In this document: piece by piece, positions 38,170 through 51,862 of the stretch | Numbering within the stretch: position 1 is the stretch's first letter | How the letters are laid out: the number at the start of each line of letters is the position of its first letter | Program-made: the position numbers and the translations under genes | Notes under the pieces: generated by a model | Told to the model about the DNA's origin: nothing | The model's input: only the letters and a program-made list of their open reading frames with translations | Database searches by the model: none | NCBI GenBank assembly: GCA_964016885.1 | Contig: OZ024756.1 | Location: 6,200,001 to 6,264,000, forward strand | Source: Eledone cirrhosa | Lineage: Eukaryota | Direction of reading: 5' to 3' | DNA: 64,000 bases

Positions 38170-41100
38170 TAAGTCGCTGTGGGTGTCTATGTTTATCTTA
38201 GTAACAGTACAAGTCTATAAGTCGCTGTGGTTCTATGTTTATCTTAGTAACAGTACAAGTCTATAAGTCACTGTGAGTGTCTATGTTTATCTTAGTAACA
38301 GTACAAGTCTATAAGTCGCTGTGGGTGTCTATATTTATCTTAGTAACAGTACAAGTCTATAAGTCACTGTGAGTGTCTATGTTTATCTTAGTAACAGTAC
38401 AAGTCTATAAGTCGCTGTGGGTGTCTATATTTATCTTAGTAACAGTACAAGTCTATAAGTCGCTGTGGTTCTATGTTTATCTTAGTAACAGTACAAGTCT
38501 ATAAGTCACTGTGAGTGTCTATGTTTATCTTAGTAACAGTACAAGTCTATAAGTCGCTGTGGGTGTCTATATTTATCTTAGTAACAGTACAAGTCTATAA
38601 GTCACTGTGTGTCTATATTTATCTTAGTAACAGTACAAGTCTATAAGTCGCTGTGGTTCTATGTTTATCTTAGTAACAGTACAAGTCTATAAGTCACTGT
38701 GAGTGTCTATGTTTATCTTAGTAACAGTACAAGTCTATAAGTCACTGTGAGTGTCTATATTTATCTTAGTAACAGTACAAGTCTATAAGTCACTGTGTGT
38801 CTATATTTATCTTAGTAACAGTACAAGTCTATAAGTCGCTGTGGTTCTATGTTTATCTTAGTAACAGTACAAGTCTATAAGTCACTGTGTGTGTCTATGT
38901 TTATCTTAGTAACAGTACAAGTCTATAAGTCACTGTGAGTGTCTATGTTTATCTTAGTAACAGTACAAGTCTATAAGTCGCTGTGGTTCTATGTTTATCT
39001 TAGTAACAGTACAAGTCTATAAGTCGCTGTGGTTCTATGTTTATCTTAGTAACATTACAAGTCAATAAGTCGCTGTGGTTCTATGTTTATCTTAGTAACA
39101 GTACAAGTCTATAAGTCGCTGTGGTTCTATGTTTATCTTAGTAAGAGTACAAGTCTATAAGTCACTGTGTGTGTCTATGTTTATCTTAGTAACAGTACAA
39201 GTCTATAAGTCGCTGTGAGTGTCTATGTTTATCTTAGTAACAGTACAAGTCTATAAGTCACTGTGAGTGTCTATGTTTATCTTAGTAACAGTACAAGTCT
39301 ATAAGTCGCTGTGAGTGTCTATGTTTATCTTAGTAACAGTACAAGTCTATAAGTCACTGTGAGTGTCTATGTTATCTTAGTAACAGTACAAGTCTATAAG
39401 TCACTATGTGTCTATGTTTATCTTAGTAACAGTACAAGTCTATAAGTCACTGTGAGTGTCTATGTTTATCTTAGTAACAGTACAAGTCTATAAGTCACTG
39501 TGAGTGTCTATGTTATCTTAGTAACAGTACAAGTCTATAAGTCACTATGTGTCTATGTTTATCTTAGTAACAGTACAAGTCTATAAGTCACTGTGAGTGT
39601 CTATGTTATCTTAGTAACAGTACAAGTCTATAAGTCGCTGTGAGTGTCTATGTTATCTTAGTAACAGTACAAGTCTATAAGTCGCTGTGAGTGTCTATGT
39701 TATCTTAGTAACAGTACAAGTCTATAAGTCACTGTGAGTGTCTATGTTATCTTAGTAACAGTACAAGTCTATAAGTCACTGTGAGTGTCTATGTTTATGT
39801 TAGTAACAGTACAAGTCTATAAGTCACTGTGTGTGTCTATGTTTATCTTAGTAACAGTACAAGACTATAAGTCGCTGTGGTTCTATGTTTATCTTAGTAA
39901 CAGTACAAGTCTATAAGTCACTGTGAGTGTCTATGTTTATGTTAGTAACAGTACAAGTCTATAAGTCACTGTGTGTGTCTATGTTTATCTTAGTAACAGT
40001 ACAAGTCTATAAGTCGCTGTGAGTGTCTATGTTTATGTTAGTAACAGTACAAGTCTATAAGTCACTATGTGTCTATGTTTATCTTAGTAACAGTACAAGT
40101 CTATAAGTCACTGTGAGTGTCTATGTTATCTTAGTAACAGTACAAGTCTATAAGTCGCTGTGTGTGTCTATGTTATCTTAGTAACAGTACAAGTCTATAA
40201 GTCGCTGTGAGTGTCTATGTTTATGTTAGTAACAGTACAAGTCTATAAGTCACTGTGTGTGTCTATGTTTATCTTAGTAACAGTACAAGACTATAAGTCG
40301 CTGTGGTTCTATGTTTATCTTAGTAACAGTACAAGTCTATAAGTCGCTGTGAGTGTCTATGTTTATCTTAGTAACAGTACAAGTCTATAAGTCAATGTGA
40401 GTCTATGTTTATCTTAGTAACAGTACAAGTCTATAAGTCACTATGTGTCTATGTTTATCTTAGTAACAGTACAAGTCTATAAGTCGCTGTGGGTGTCTAT
40501 GTTTATCTTAGTAACAGTATAAGTCTATAAGTCACTGTGAGTGTCTATGTTTATCTTAGTAACAGTACAAGTCTATAAGTCACTGTGAGTGTCTATGTTT
40601 ATCTTAGTAACAGTACAAGTCTATAAGTCACTATGTGTCTATGTTTATCTTAGTAACAGTACAAGTCTATAAGTCACTGTGAGTGTCTATGTTTATCTTA
40701 GTAACAGTACAAGTCTATAAGTCACTATGTGTCTATGTTTATCTTAGTAACAGTACAAGTCTATAAGTCACTGTGTGTCTATGTTTATCTTAGTAACAGT
40801 ACAAGTCTATAAGTCACTGTGAGTGTCTATGTTTATCTTAGTAACAGTACAAGTCTATAAGTCGCTGTGAGTGTCTATGTTTATCTTAGTAACAGTACAA
40901 GTCTATAAGTCACTGTGAGTGTCTATGTTATCTTAGTAACAGTACAAGTCTATAAGTCGCTGTGAGTGTCTATGTTTATCTTAGTAACAGTACAAGTCTA
41001 TAAGTCTCTGTGGTTCTATGTTTATCTTAGTAACAGTACAAGTCTATAAGTCACTGTGAGTGTCTATGTTATCTTAGTAACAGTACAAGTCTATAAGTCA

Positions 41101-44100
41101 CTGTGAGTGTCTATGTTATCTTAGTAACAGTACAAGTCTATAAGTCACTATGTGTCTATGTTTATCTTAGTAACAGTACAAGTCTATAAGTCACTATGTG
41201 TCTATGTTTATCTTAGTAACAGTACAAGTCTATAAGTCACTGTGAGTGTCTATGTTATCTTAGTAACAGTACAAGTCTATAAGTCGCTGTGAGTGTCTAT
41301 GTTTATCTTAGTAACAGTACAAGTCTATAAGTATCTGTGGTTCTATGTTTATCTTAGTAACAGTACAAGTCTATAAGTCACTGTGAGTGTCTATGTTTAT
41401 CTTAGTAACAGTACAAGTCTATAAGTCTCTGTGGTTCTATGTTTATCTTAGTAACAGTACAAGTCTATAAGTCACTGTGAGTGTCTATGTTATCTTAGTA
41501 ACAGTACAAGTCTATAAGTCACTGTGAGTGTCTATGTTATCTTAGTAACAGTACAAGTCTATAAGTCACTATGTGTCTATGTTTATCTTAGGAACAGTAC
41601 AAGTCTATAAGTCGCTGTGAGTGTCTATGTTTATCTTAGTAACAGTACAAGTCTATAAGTCGCTGTGGTTCTATGTTTATCTTAGTAACAGTACAAGTCT
41701 ATAAGTCGCTGTGAGTCTATGTTTATCTTAGTAACAGTACAAGTCTATAAGTCACTGTGAGTGTCTATGTTTATCCTAGTAACAGTACAAGTCTATAAGT
41801 CACTGTGGTTCTATGTTTATCTTAGTAACAGTACAAGTCTATAAGTCACTGTGTGTCTATGTTTATCTTAGTAACAGTACAAGTCTATAAGTCGCTGTGA
41901 GTGTCTATGTTTATCTTAGTAACAGTAGAAGTCTATAAGTCACCGTGGTTCTATGTTTATCTTAGTAACAGTACAAGTCTATAAGTCACTGTGTGTCTAT
42001 GTTTATCTTAGTAACAGTAGAAGTCTATAAATCACCGTGGTTCTATGTTTATCTTAGTAACAGTACAAGTTTATAAGTCACTGTGTGTCTATGTTTATCT
42101 TAGTAACAGTAGAAGTCTATAAGTCACCGTGGTTCTATGTTTATCTTAGTAACAGTACAAGTCTATAAGTCACCGTGGGTCTATGTTTATCTTAGTAACA
42201 GTACAAGTCTATAAGTCACTGTGAGTCTATGTTTATCTTAGTAACAGTACAAGTCTATAAGTCACCGTGGGTCTATGTTTATCTTAGTAACAGTACAAGT
42301 CTATAAGTCACCGTGGTTCTATGTTTATCTTAGTAACAGTACAAGTCTATAAGTCACCGTGGGTCTATGTTTATCTTAGTAACAGTACAAGTCTATAAGT
42401 CACCGTGGTTCTATGTTTATCTTAGTAACAGTACAAGTCTATAAGTCACCGTGGTTCTATGTTTATCTTAGTAACAGTACAAGTTTATAAGTCACCGTGG
42501 TTCTATGTTTATCTTAGTAACAGTACAAGTCTATAAGTCACCGTGGGTCTATGTTTATCTTAGTAACAGTACAAGTTTATAAGTCACCGTGGTTCTATGT
42601 TTATCTTAGTAACAGTACAAGTCTATAAGTCACTGTGAGTGTCTATGTTTATCTTAGTAACAGTACAAGTCTATAAGTCAATGTGAGTGTCTATGTTTAT
42701 GTTAGTAACAGTACAAGTCTATAAGTCGCTGTGGTTCTATGTTTATCTTAGTAACAGTACAAGTCTATAAGTCACTGTGTGTGTCTATGTTTATCTTAGT
42801 AACAGTACAAGTCTATAAGTCAATGTGAGTGTCTATGTTTATGTTAGTAACAGTACAAGTCTATAAGTCGCTGTGGTTCTATGTTTATCTTAGTAACAGT
42901 ACAAGTCTATAAGTCGCTGTGAGTGTCTATGTTTATCTTAGTAACAGTACAAGTCTATAAGTCACTGTGTGTGTCTATGTTTATCTTAGTAACAGTACAA
43001 GTCTATAAGTCAATGTGAGTGTCTATGTTTATCTTAGTAACAGTACAAGTCTATAAGTCGCTGTGGGTGTCTATGTTTATGTTAGTAACAGTACAAGTCT
43101 ATAAGTCGCTGTGAGTCTATGTTTATCTTAGTAACAGTACAAGTCAATAAGTCGCTGTGAGTCTATGTTTATCTTAGTAACAGTACAAGTCTATAAGTCG
43201 CTGTGAGTCTATGTTTATCTTAGTAACAGTACAAGTCTATAAGTCGCTGTGAGTGTCTATGTTTATCTTAGTAACAGTACAAGTCTATAAGTCACTGTGA
43301 GTGTCTATGTTATCTTAGTAACAGTACAAGTCTATAAGTCGCTGTGAGTGTCTATGTTTATCTTAGTAACAGTACAAGTCTATAAGTCACTATGTGTCTA
43401 TGTTTATCTTAGTAACAGTACAAGTCTATAAGTCACTATGTGTCTATGTTTATCTTAGTAACAGTACAAGTCTATAAGTCACTATGTGTCTATGTTTATC
43501 TTAGTAACAGTACAAGTCTATAAGTCACTATGTGTCTATGTTTATCTTAGTAACAGTACAAGTCTATAAGTCGCTGTGAGTCTATGTTTATCTTAGTAAC
43601 AGTACAAGTCTATAAGTCGCTGTGAGTCTATGTTTATCTTAGTAACAGTACAAGTCTATAAGTCGCTGTGAGTGTCTATGTTTATCTTAGTAACAGTACA
43701 AGTCTATAAGTCACTGTGAGTGTCTATGTTATCCTAGTAACAGTACAAGTCTATAAGTCGCTGTGGTTCTATGTTTATCTTAGTAACAGTACAAGTCTAT
43801 AAGTCGCTGTGAGTGTCTATGTTTATCTTAGTAACAGTACAAGTCTATAAGTCACTATGTGTCTATGTTTATCTTAGTAACAGTACAAGTCTATAAGTCG
43901 CTGTGAGTCTATGTTTATCTTAGTAACAGTACAAGTCTATAAGTCACTGTGAGTGTCTATGTTTATCTTAGTAACAGTACAAGTCTATAAGTCGCTGTGA
44001 GTCTATGTTTATCTTAGTAACAGTACAAGTCTATAAGTCGCTGTGGTTCTATGTTTATCTTAGTAACAGTACAAGTCTATAAGTCGCTGTGAGTGTCTAT

Positions 44101-46711
44101 GTTTATCTTAGTAACAGTACAAGTCTATAAGTCACTATGTGTCTATGTTTATCTTAGTAACAGTACAAGTCTATAAGTCGCTGTGAGTCTATGTTTATCT
44201 TAGTAACAGTACAAGTCTATAAGTCACTGTGAGTGTCTATGTTTATCTTAGTAACAGTACAAGTCTATAAGTCGCTGTGAGTCTATGTTTATCTTAGTAA
44301 CAGTACAAGTCTATAAGTCACTGTGAGTGTCTATGTTTATCTTAGTAACAGTACAAGTCTATAAGTCGCTGTGAGTCTATGTTTATCTTAGTAACAGTAC
44401 AAGTCTATAAGTCACTGTGAGTGTCTATGTTTATCTTAGTAACAGTACAAGTCTATAAGTCACTGTGAGTGTCTATATTTATCTTAGTAACAGTACAAGT
44501 CTATAAGTCACTGTGTGTGTCTATGTTTATCTTAGTAACAGTACAAGTCTATAAGTCGCTGTGAGTGTCTATGTTTATCTTAGTAACAGTACAAGTCTAT
44601 AAGTCACTATGTGTCTATGTTTATCTTAGTAACAGTACAAGTCTATAAGTCACTGTGAGTGTCTATGTTTATCTTAGTAACAGTACAAGTCTATAAGTCA
44701 CTATGTGTCTATGTTTATCTTAGTAACAGTACAAGTCTATAAGTCGCTGTGAGTCTATGTTTATCTTAGTAACAGTACAAGTCTATAAGTCACTGTGAGT
44801 GTCTATGTTTATCTTAGTAACAGTACAAGTCTATAAGTCGCTGTGAGTCTATGTTTATCTTAGTAACAGTACAAGTCTATAAGTCACTGTGAGTGTCTAT
44901 GTTTATCTTAGTAACAGTACAAGTCTATAAGTCGCTGTGAGTCTATGTTTATCTTAGTAACAGTACAAGTCTATAAGTCACTGTGAGTGTCTATGTTTAT
45001 CTTAGTAACAGTACAAGTCTATAAGTCACTGTGAGTGTCTATGTTTATCTTAGTAACAGTACAAGTCTATAAGTCACTGTGTGTGTCTATGTTTATCTTA
45101 GTAACAGTACAAGTCTATAAGTCGCTGTGAGTGTCTATGTTTATCTTAGTAACAGTACAAGTCTATAAGTCACTATGTGTCTATGTTTATCTTAGTAACA
45201 GTACAAGTCTATAAGTCACTGTGAGTGTCTATGTTTATCTTAGTAACAGTACAAGTCTATAAGTCACTATGTGTCTATGTTTATCTTAGTAACAGTACAA
45301 GTCTATAAGTCGCTGTGAGTCTATGTTTATCTTAGTAACAGTACAAGTCTATAAGTCACTGTGAGTGTCTATGTTTATCTTAGTAACAGTACAAGTCTAT
45401 AAGTCACTGTGAGTGTCTATGTTTATCTTAGTAACAGTACAAGTCTATAAGTCACTATGTGTCTATGTTTATCTTAGTAACAGTACAAGTCTATAAGTCG
45501 CTGTGAGTCTATGTTTATCTTAGTAACAGTACAAGTCTATAAGTCACTGTGAGTGTCTATGTTTATCTTAGTAACAGTACAAGTCTATAAGTCACTGTGA
45601 GTGTCTATGTTTATCTTAGTAACAGTACAAGTCTATAAGTCACTGTGAGTGTCTATGTTTATCTTAGTAACAGTACAAGTCTATAAGTCACTGTGAGTGT
45701 CTATGTTTATCTTAGTAACAGTACAAGTCTATAAGTCACTGTGAGTGTCTATGTTATCTTAGTAACAGTACAAGTCTATAAGTCGCTGTGAGTGTCTATG
45801 TTTATCTTAGTAACAGTACAAGTCTATAAGTCGCTGTGAGTGTCTATGTTTATCTTAGTAACAGTACAAGTCTATAAGTCTCTGTGGTTCTATGTTTATC
45901 TTAGTAACAGTACAAGTCTATAAGTCACTGTGTGTCTATGTTTATCTTAGTAACAGTAGAAGTCTATAAGTCGCTGTGAGTGTCTATGTTTATCTTAGTA
46001 ACAGTACAAGTCTATAATTCGCTGTGTGTCTATGTTTATCTTAGTAACAGTACAAGTCTATAAGTCGCTGTGAGTCTATGTTTATCTTAGTAACAGTACA
46101 AGTCTATAAGTCACTATGTGTCTATGTTTATCTTAGTAACAGTACAAGTCTATAAGTCACTGTGAGTGTCTATGTTTATCTTAGTAACAGTACAAGTTTA
46201 TAAGTCGCTGTGAGTGTCTATGTTTATCTTAGTAACAGTACAAGTATATAAGTCGCTGTGAGTGTCTATGTTTATCTTAGTAACAGTACAAGTTTATAAG
46301 TCGCTGTGAGTGTCTATGTTTATCTTAGTAACAGTACAAGTCTATAAGTCACTATGTGTCTATGTTTATCTTAGTAACAGTACAAGTCTATAAGTCACTA
46401 TGTGTCTATGTTTATCTTAGTAACAGTACAAGTCTATAAGTCACTATGTGTCTATGTTTATCTTAGTAACAGTACAAGTCTATAAGTCGCTGTGGTTCTA
46501 TGTTTATCTTAGTAACAGTAGAAGTCTATAAGTCACCGTGGGTCTATGTTTATCTTAGTAACAGTACAAGTTTATAAGTCACCGTGGGTCTATGTTTATC
46601 TTAGTAACAGTACAAGTTTATAAGTCACCGTGGGTCTATGTTTATCTTAGTAACAGTACAAGTTTATAAGTCACCGTGGGTCTATGTTTATCTTAGTAAC
46701 AGTACAAGTCT
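38170..46711. repeat. 46-48-bp satellite, ~180 copies (ctatgtttatcttagtaacagtacaagtctataagtc + short variable segment)
   Basis: 8.5 kb of head-to-tail units. Confidence 0.97.
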
Positions 46712-47806
46712 ACATACATATGCCTTGGTTTCTCTGTGTCTCTATATGTATGTTTGTATATTTCTATTCAGATTCTAACAGAGCATATCAGCTGAGTTGC
46801 CATATTTTTGGTATAGTTTTCTGGGGTTCTATTACTATGTTTGTATTTGAATGTTTGTAAGAGCTTCAGTTTGCCTTCAATCTATCAAACATCTATAAAA
46901 TTAGATACCAAACAAGTACTGTGTTCGATTTAATTATAAATATATTATAAAAACTAAGATAATTGAATAATGTAACAAGATTAGTAAACAATTTTTTCTG
47001 TTCTCTGTTATGAAATATGATGGCATTTATATTTATATAACATGACCTACTGTCGGGTCCCCAATAGCAGGGGCTAGAATATACAGGGGGGGGGGTATGC
47101 GGGTGGTGGCATAAGGGGTCATTTTTCTAGGTTATCTCCGTTGATTTAACCCCCCCCCAGAATTAGACGTTTAGTTTACATATTGGGACCCCAACCAATT
47201 CTATATATTTTATTACGTATGGGATTTTTAGTAATGTAATTGTTTCCTCGTGTATAATGTTTTTTAATGACTAAAGAAAATTGTCTTAGGAATGCTACCA
47301 CTTAAAATAAAATTCGTATGAAATCTAACGAATGACAGAGAACTGCCGATGTCATGCATAGACTTTGCCGTAAGATGGTAAAATATGTTAGGACATGTTC
47401 TACGCGTGACCCCGAAGAAAACATGTGTGACGACCAGTGACAAGGCTGGCAGCCATGTAAATTGGATATTGCTTCATAGAGTAGAAAATGAAAGTAAGGA
47501 AAAGAAAATGTTTATATGCATGTTTGTGATATATATATATATATATATATATAATATAAGTTAAAACAATGAAATAAAAATTCAACTCATTAGAGATATA
47601 TTTCACTGCTTTACGATCGTTTCTAGGTGATGATAATACATCGTAACCATACTTCGTTATCGATTGTTTTAACTTATCTCATGACTCTGTTTTCCTTTTA
47701 ATGTTTTATTGTTTTCCGGGATTTATATTAACCTACAACAGTTTCAACATATGGATCACATTGAGTTCTCCATGCAGACTAGACCCCACAACTTACCGTG
47801 AATATC

Positions 47807-47859
<53 letters not shown>

Positions 47860-47871
47860 ATATATAACGAA

Positions 47872-48126
47872 GGAGGTGTAGTAAGGAACGAGATGGACCA
47901 TAACGCACCAGAGTACTCAATAGTTAGGGTAGTAGAGTGGGGAATAGGAACATGTTTATCCCCAATGGCAGAGCTCAAGCCATTTCATAAAAACGGGTTG
48001 TTCTGTTATGAAATATTACGGCATGTTATATTTATATAACATGGCCTACTTTCGGGGCCCCAACAACAGGGGGTATTTCGTCGAAACGGCTTGAGCTCTG
48101 TCGTCGGGGTTAAACATTTTCCTATA
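47872..48126. mobile_element. ataacgaagg-family element with ~43-bp inverted arms
   Basis: ataggaacatgtttatcccc...aagccatttc / gaaacggcttgagc...ttttcctat; spacer homologous to ~47000-47075. Confidence 0.7.
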
Positions 48127-48145
48127 TATATATATATATAACCAA

Positions 48146-48268
48146 AATTAATATAAGAATGGCTTTTACATGACTAGAAATGTTTCACTCGTATGAAATC
48201 ATCAGGAATTCATGATGATTTAATGCGAAACACTTGTATTCCTGTAGAAGCCATTTCTATATTAAATT
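48146..48268. mobile_element. Degenerate fold-back with hammerhead cores on both strands
   Basis: Minus CTGATGA...GAAAC; plus ATGATGA...GAAAC-ACTT-GTA; arms imperfect. Confidence 0.5.
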
Positions 48269-48352
48269 CCATTGTTCTCACTCTACTGATGTATTGAGTA
48301 CCTTATTTATAGTGGTTACCGCCGATTTGACCCTGGATATATATATATATAT

Positions 48353-48416
<64 letters not shown>

Positions 48417-48433
48417 TATATATATATATATAT

Positions 48434-48488
<55 letters not shown>

Positions 48489-48533
48489 TATATATAGATA
48501 TATATATATATAGATATATATATAGATATATAT

Positions 48534-48574
<41 letters not shown>

Positions 48575-48605
48575 TATATATATATATATATATAGATATA
48601 TATAT

Positions 48606-48642
<37 letters not shown>

Positions 48643-48643
48643 A

Positions 48644-48681
<38 letters not shown>

Positions 48682-48869
48682 CACACAGAGAGAGAGGGAG
48701 AGAGAGAGAGAGAGAGAGAGGCGTATACGTATATATACATAAATATGTGTATGTCTGTGTGTATGTCATATATAGATAGATAGGAATATATATATATATA
48801 TGTAAGTATGTATGTATGTACACAGACGTACAGTAGTATGTATATATATACACACATGCACACATATAT

Positions 48870-49130
48870 ACATGCACGTATCGGTTTACCGAACATTTAT
48901 GATTATGCTCGGTTTGTTTGTTTGTAAACAAACAAACAGCCCGAATTACGCCGTACTGTGTTTAGGCAACCACGTCACCTTTTTGTTCAACACTGACACG
49001 AACGATGTACTAGTTTCAAGCTTATTAGCTATCGTCAGCATGAGTGAACTCACTCGATATGCAAATTAGGCTGCTCAGCCGTTAATATGCATGAGGAAAG
49101 TATATATTTTCAGACGTTCAACCATCTGGC

Positions 49131-49132
<2 letters not shown>
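48870..49132 (-). mobile_element. Second copy of the 12909-13388 family, hammerhead at 49005-49041, upstream segment inverted
   Basis: atg-CTGACGA-tagctaataagctt-GAAAC-TA-GTA-cat on minus; cactcgatatgcaaatt...ctggcag on plus. Confidence 0.8.
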
Positions 49133-49171
<39 letters not shown>

Positions 49172-49397
49172 TTCATACAAAGATAATGTGACAAAAAATA
49201 ATTAAGTTTCTGAAATTTGTATTAAACTCTAATGATTTTTTCCTTTTTTGTTTTATTGTCACTTTTTTGTTTCTTTTCTTCAATCAATTGATTCTGTAAT
49301 AAAACATACAACATTATATAAACAAAGACTAAATATAAATAGATTTGAAATAAAAATAAAGTATTATTTTATTATTAAACTATTTATAGCAGCTTAC

Positions 49398-49486
49398 CGA
49401 AAATGAACGGTCATTACAGAATCGGTTGAATATAAAGTAGGAGGTAGTCTGTTTCCGCAGATTCCTCCCTGGCCACCAGCATCGTC
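49398..49486 (-). CDS. Internal exon of a CUB-domain protein (phase 0 start, phase 2 end)
   Basis: Acceptor ttcatttctgttgacag, donor CG|gtaagc; 89 nt translate to DDAGGQGGICGNRLPPTLYSTDSVMTVHF(R), matching the CUB motif G..CG...P....S....MTV.F. Confidence 0.85.
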
Positions 49487-49595
49487 CTGTCAACAGAAAT
49501 GAAGAACATCTCGTTTAAAGCAAGGGCGAAAGTTTTACGGTTATCAAAATATGATTGTTTGTTAATAAATGTAAATAAACAAATATATATTGTTA

Positions 49596-49825
49596 TACAT
49601 GGGGAGGGTCATATTGTTGTAATAAAATTGCCATAAATAATAACAGAACACACACAGAGTTTGGTTGGTTTTCGCTTATGCATCATTTTTATCTTCATAG
49701 TTAATTTATTTGACAATCAATGTTTATCATTGATTGACCAACGGTTATAAATACAGATATAAATAAATATATATAGTCTATCAAAGTTCTTTCGTTGCAC
49801 ATCTACAACATCATCAGTAGTACTA
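49596..49825 (-). mobile_element. Hammerhead-bearing element (motif 49779-49822)
   Basis: CTGATGA-t-gttgta-gatg-tgcaac-GAAAG-AA-CTT-tg; homolog of 7510-7745. Confidence 0.7.
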
Positions 49826-49837
49826 TTCATCGCCGTC

Positions 49838-49899
<62 letters not shown>

Positions 49900-49907
<8 letters not shown>

Positions 49908-50406
49908 ATACTTTGGGAGGGTCATGTTGCCAATAAGAAACACACGCACCACATGCTTTCACTTCAATTTATTATAATAAATTTATAAATTTAGGAATTT
50001 ATAAATTTCCGGTTGGTTCCACAACCAGATCATTGTTTATATATTGTCAAAGTTCTTTCGTCACACATTATGTGACCTCTTCAGTGACTGGGGATTCTTT
50101 TCTTTGTTTTTGTGTGTGTTCACACAAAAACAAGATGGCGTAGGACAGAACAAAGGAGAGGCACAAAAACAAAAAAAAAACAAAAAAACAACAAAGAAAA
50201 GAATCCCCAGTCACTGAAGAGGTCACAGAATGTGTGACGAAAGAACTTTGACAATATATAAACAATCATCTGGTAGTGGAACCAATGAACCAACCGGAAA
50301 TTTATAAATTCCTTAATTTATAAATTTATTATAATAAATTGACGGGAAAGCAACTGGTGCGTGTGTTTCTTATTGGCAACATGACCCTCCCAAAGTATAA
50401 CAATAT
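49900..50406. mobile_element. Fold-back element (~210-bp arms) with hammerheads on both strands (50046-50088 -, 50210-50252 +)
   Basis: gtca-CTGAAGA-g-gtcaca-gaatg-tgtgac-GAAAG-AA-CTT-tgac. Confidence 0.85.
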
Positions 50407-50728
50407 CGGTTTCAACACACGTTTTCAGATAAAGAATCTTGCTAAACAAATTCAGAAACGAAATATATATATATATATATATATAATAAGGATTTGACGG
50501 ATCCAGCCTATTTATCAATGCCAGGATCTGTCGTATCTCAGCATACCCCATGGGCAATGTAAGATAAATTCCCAGAGTATACACATATTTATTCGCTTCA
50601 ATACAACACACGTAAAACGGGTGCCTGTAATAATTCCCGTACTCGAGTTTCGGCCGCACTAATGCAGCATTAAGGTGCACTGCACCATCCGTCTGCATAT
50701 ATTATAATATACAACAATGCACGTGTGT

Positions 50729-50772
<44 letters not shown>

Positions 50773-50958
50773 AGGGATTAAGGTTCTACAAAAAAACATA
50801 AGTTAGGAAAACGAAGTAAGAATGGAAACGGCACATAAATATATATAAACAATCTTTTTTTTTTCTTCTTTAATCCCTCAAAGTTTATGTTGGGTCTGAT
50901 AACGTTGTTAAAACTCAACGTGACCTTGAAGAGATGCTTTTCGCGAGATTACACACAT

Positions 50959-51024
<66 letters not shown>

Positions 51025-51610
51025 AAGTTTAAAGGAGTTGATAATACAGTCATATAAATCAAAGAACATCCAGGATTAATGGAAACAAAATGTCTTTTAA
51101 CAATACATTGGATTATCAAAACATACCAAACACCAGTGGAGTCTTTCTTTTATTTTTTCAAATATATTTCACTCTACCGAGGACTTTCCTCATGTTCCAC
51201 TATATACATGCATATGTATATATATATATATATATATAAAATTGCAAGGTTGAAGAATTATTAGATAAAATATACACAGTCTTTCCTCACCCTAGTCCGT
51301 AGAAATTAACCAGATAAATAATCATTTAAGTTTAAAATGTAACTATGAAGAAATAATAGACAAATGATACAGTCTATTTTCCGTGAGGAACAGTCAGATA
51401 CAATTTATCTAGTCTTTCGTTTTAGCCCGTAGAATGTAACTAGAGAAATAATCAATTAAACGGAGCTAGGTCTAAAATATAAGTTAGATGAATATATATA
51501 TATATATATATATATTTAAGAGTTAAACAAGATTCAATGAATAAATCAAAGAATGAGGTTTTCAATAGTTTGGAAGCATTCTACTGGAAAAATATCTTCC
51601 AGAGTTATTA

Positions 51611-51813
51611 ATATTAATTCAAAATATTAACAAAATAGATATTCTTGTGATTAATTATATTTTATTATACATATTTCTACATGTCAGGGTATGACATGCA
51701 TCATTTTATTTTATCTGATGAGGATGTAGTGGTGAACTTAATTCAGTACCTCTGAAATATGTATAATAAAATATAATTGATCACAAGAATATCTATTTTG
51801 TTAATATTTTGAA

Positions 51814-51822
<9 letters not shown>
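51611..51822. mobile_element. Fold-back element with canonical + strand hammerhead 51707-51773
   Basis: tattttat-CTGATGA-ggatgta...tacctct-GAAAT-ATGT-ATA-ataaaata; ~65-bp arms. Confidence 0.8.

Positions 51823-51857
<35 letters not shown>

Positions 51858-51862
<5 letters not shown>

Noticed and set aside
38170-46711. CRISPR-like constant repeat plus variable spacer appearance
   Set aside because: Variable parts are ~10 nt, drawn from a few related variants and reused; eukaryotic context and no cas genes.
47710-47750. FPGFILTYNSF peptide resembling a CUB C-terminus
   Set aside because: On the opposite strand to the CUB exon and lacks suitable splice sites.
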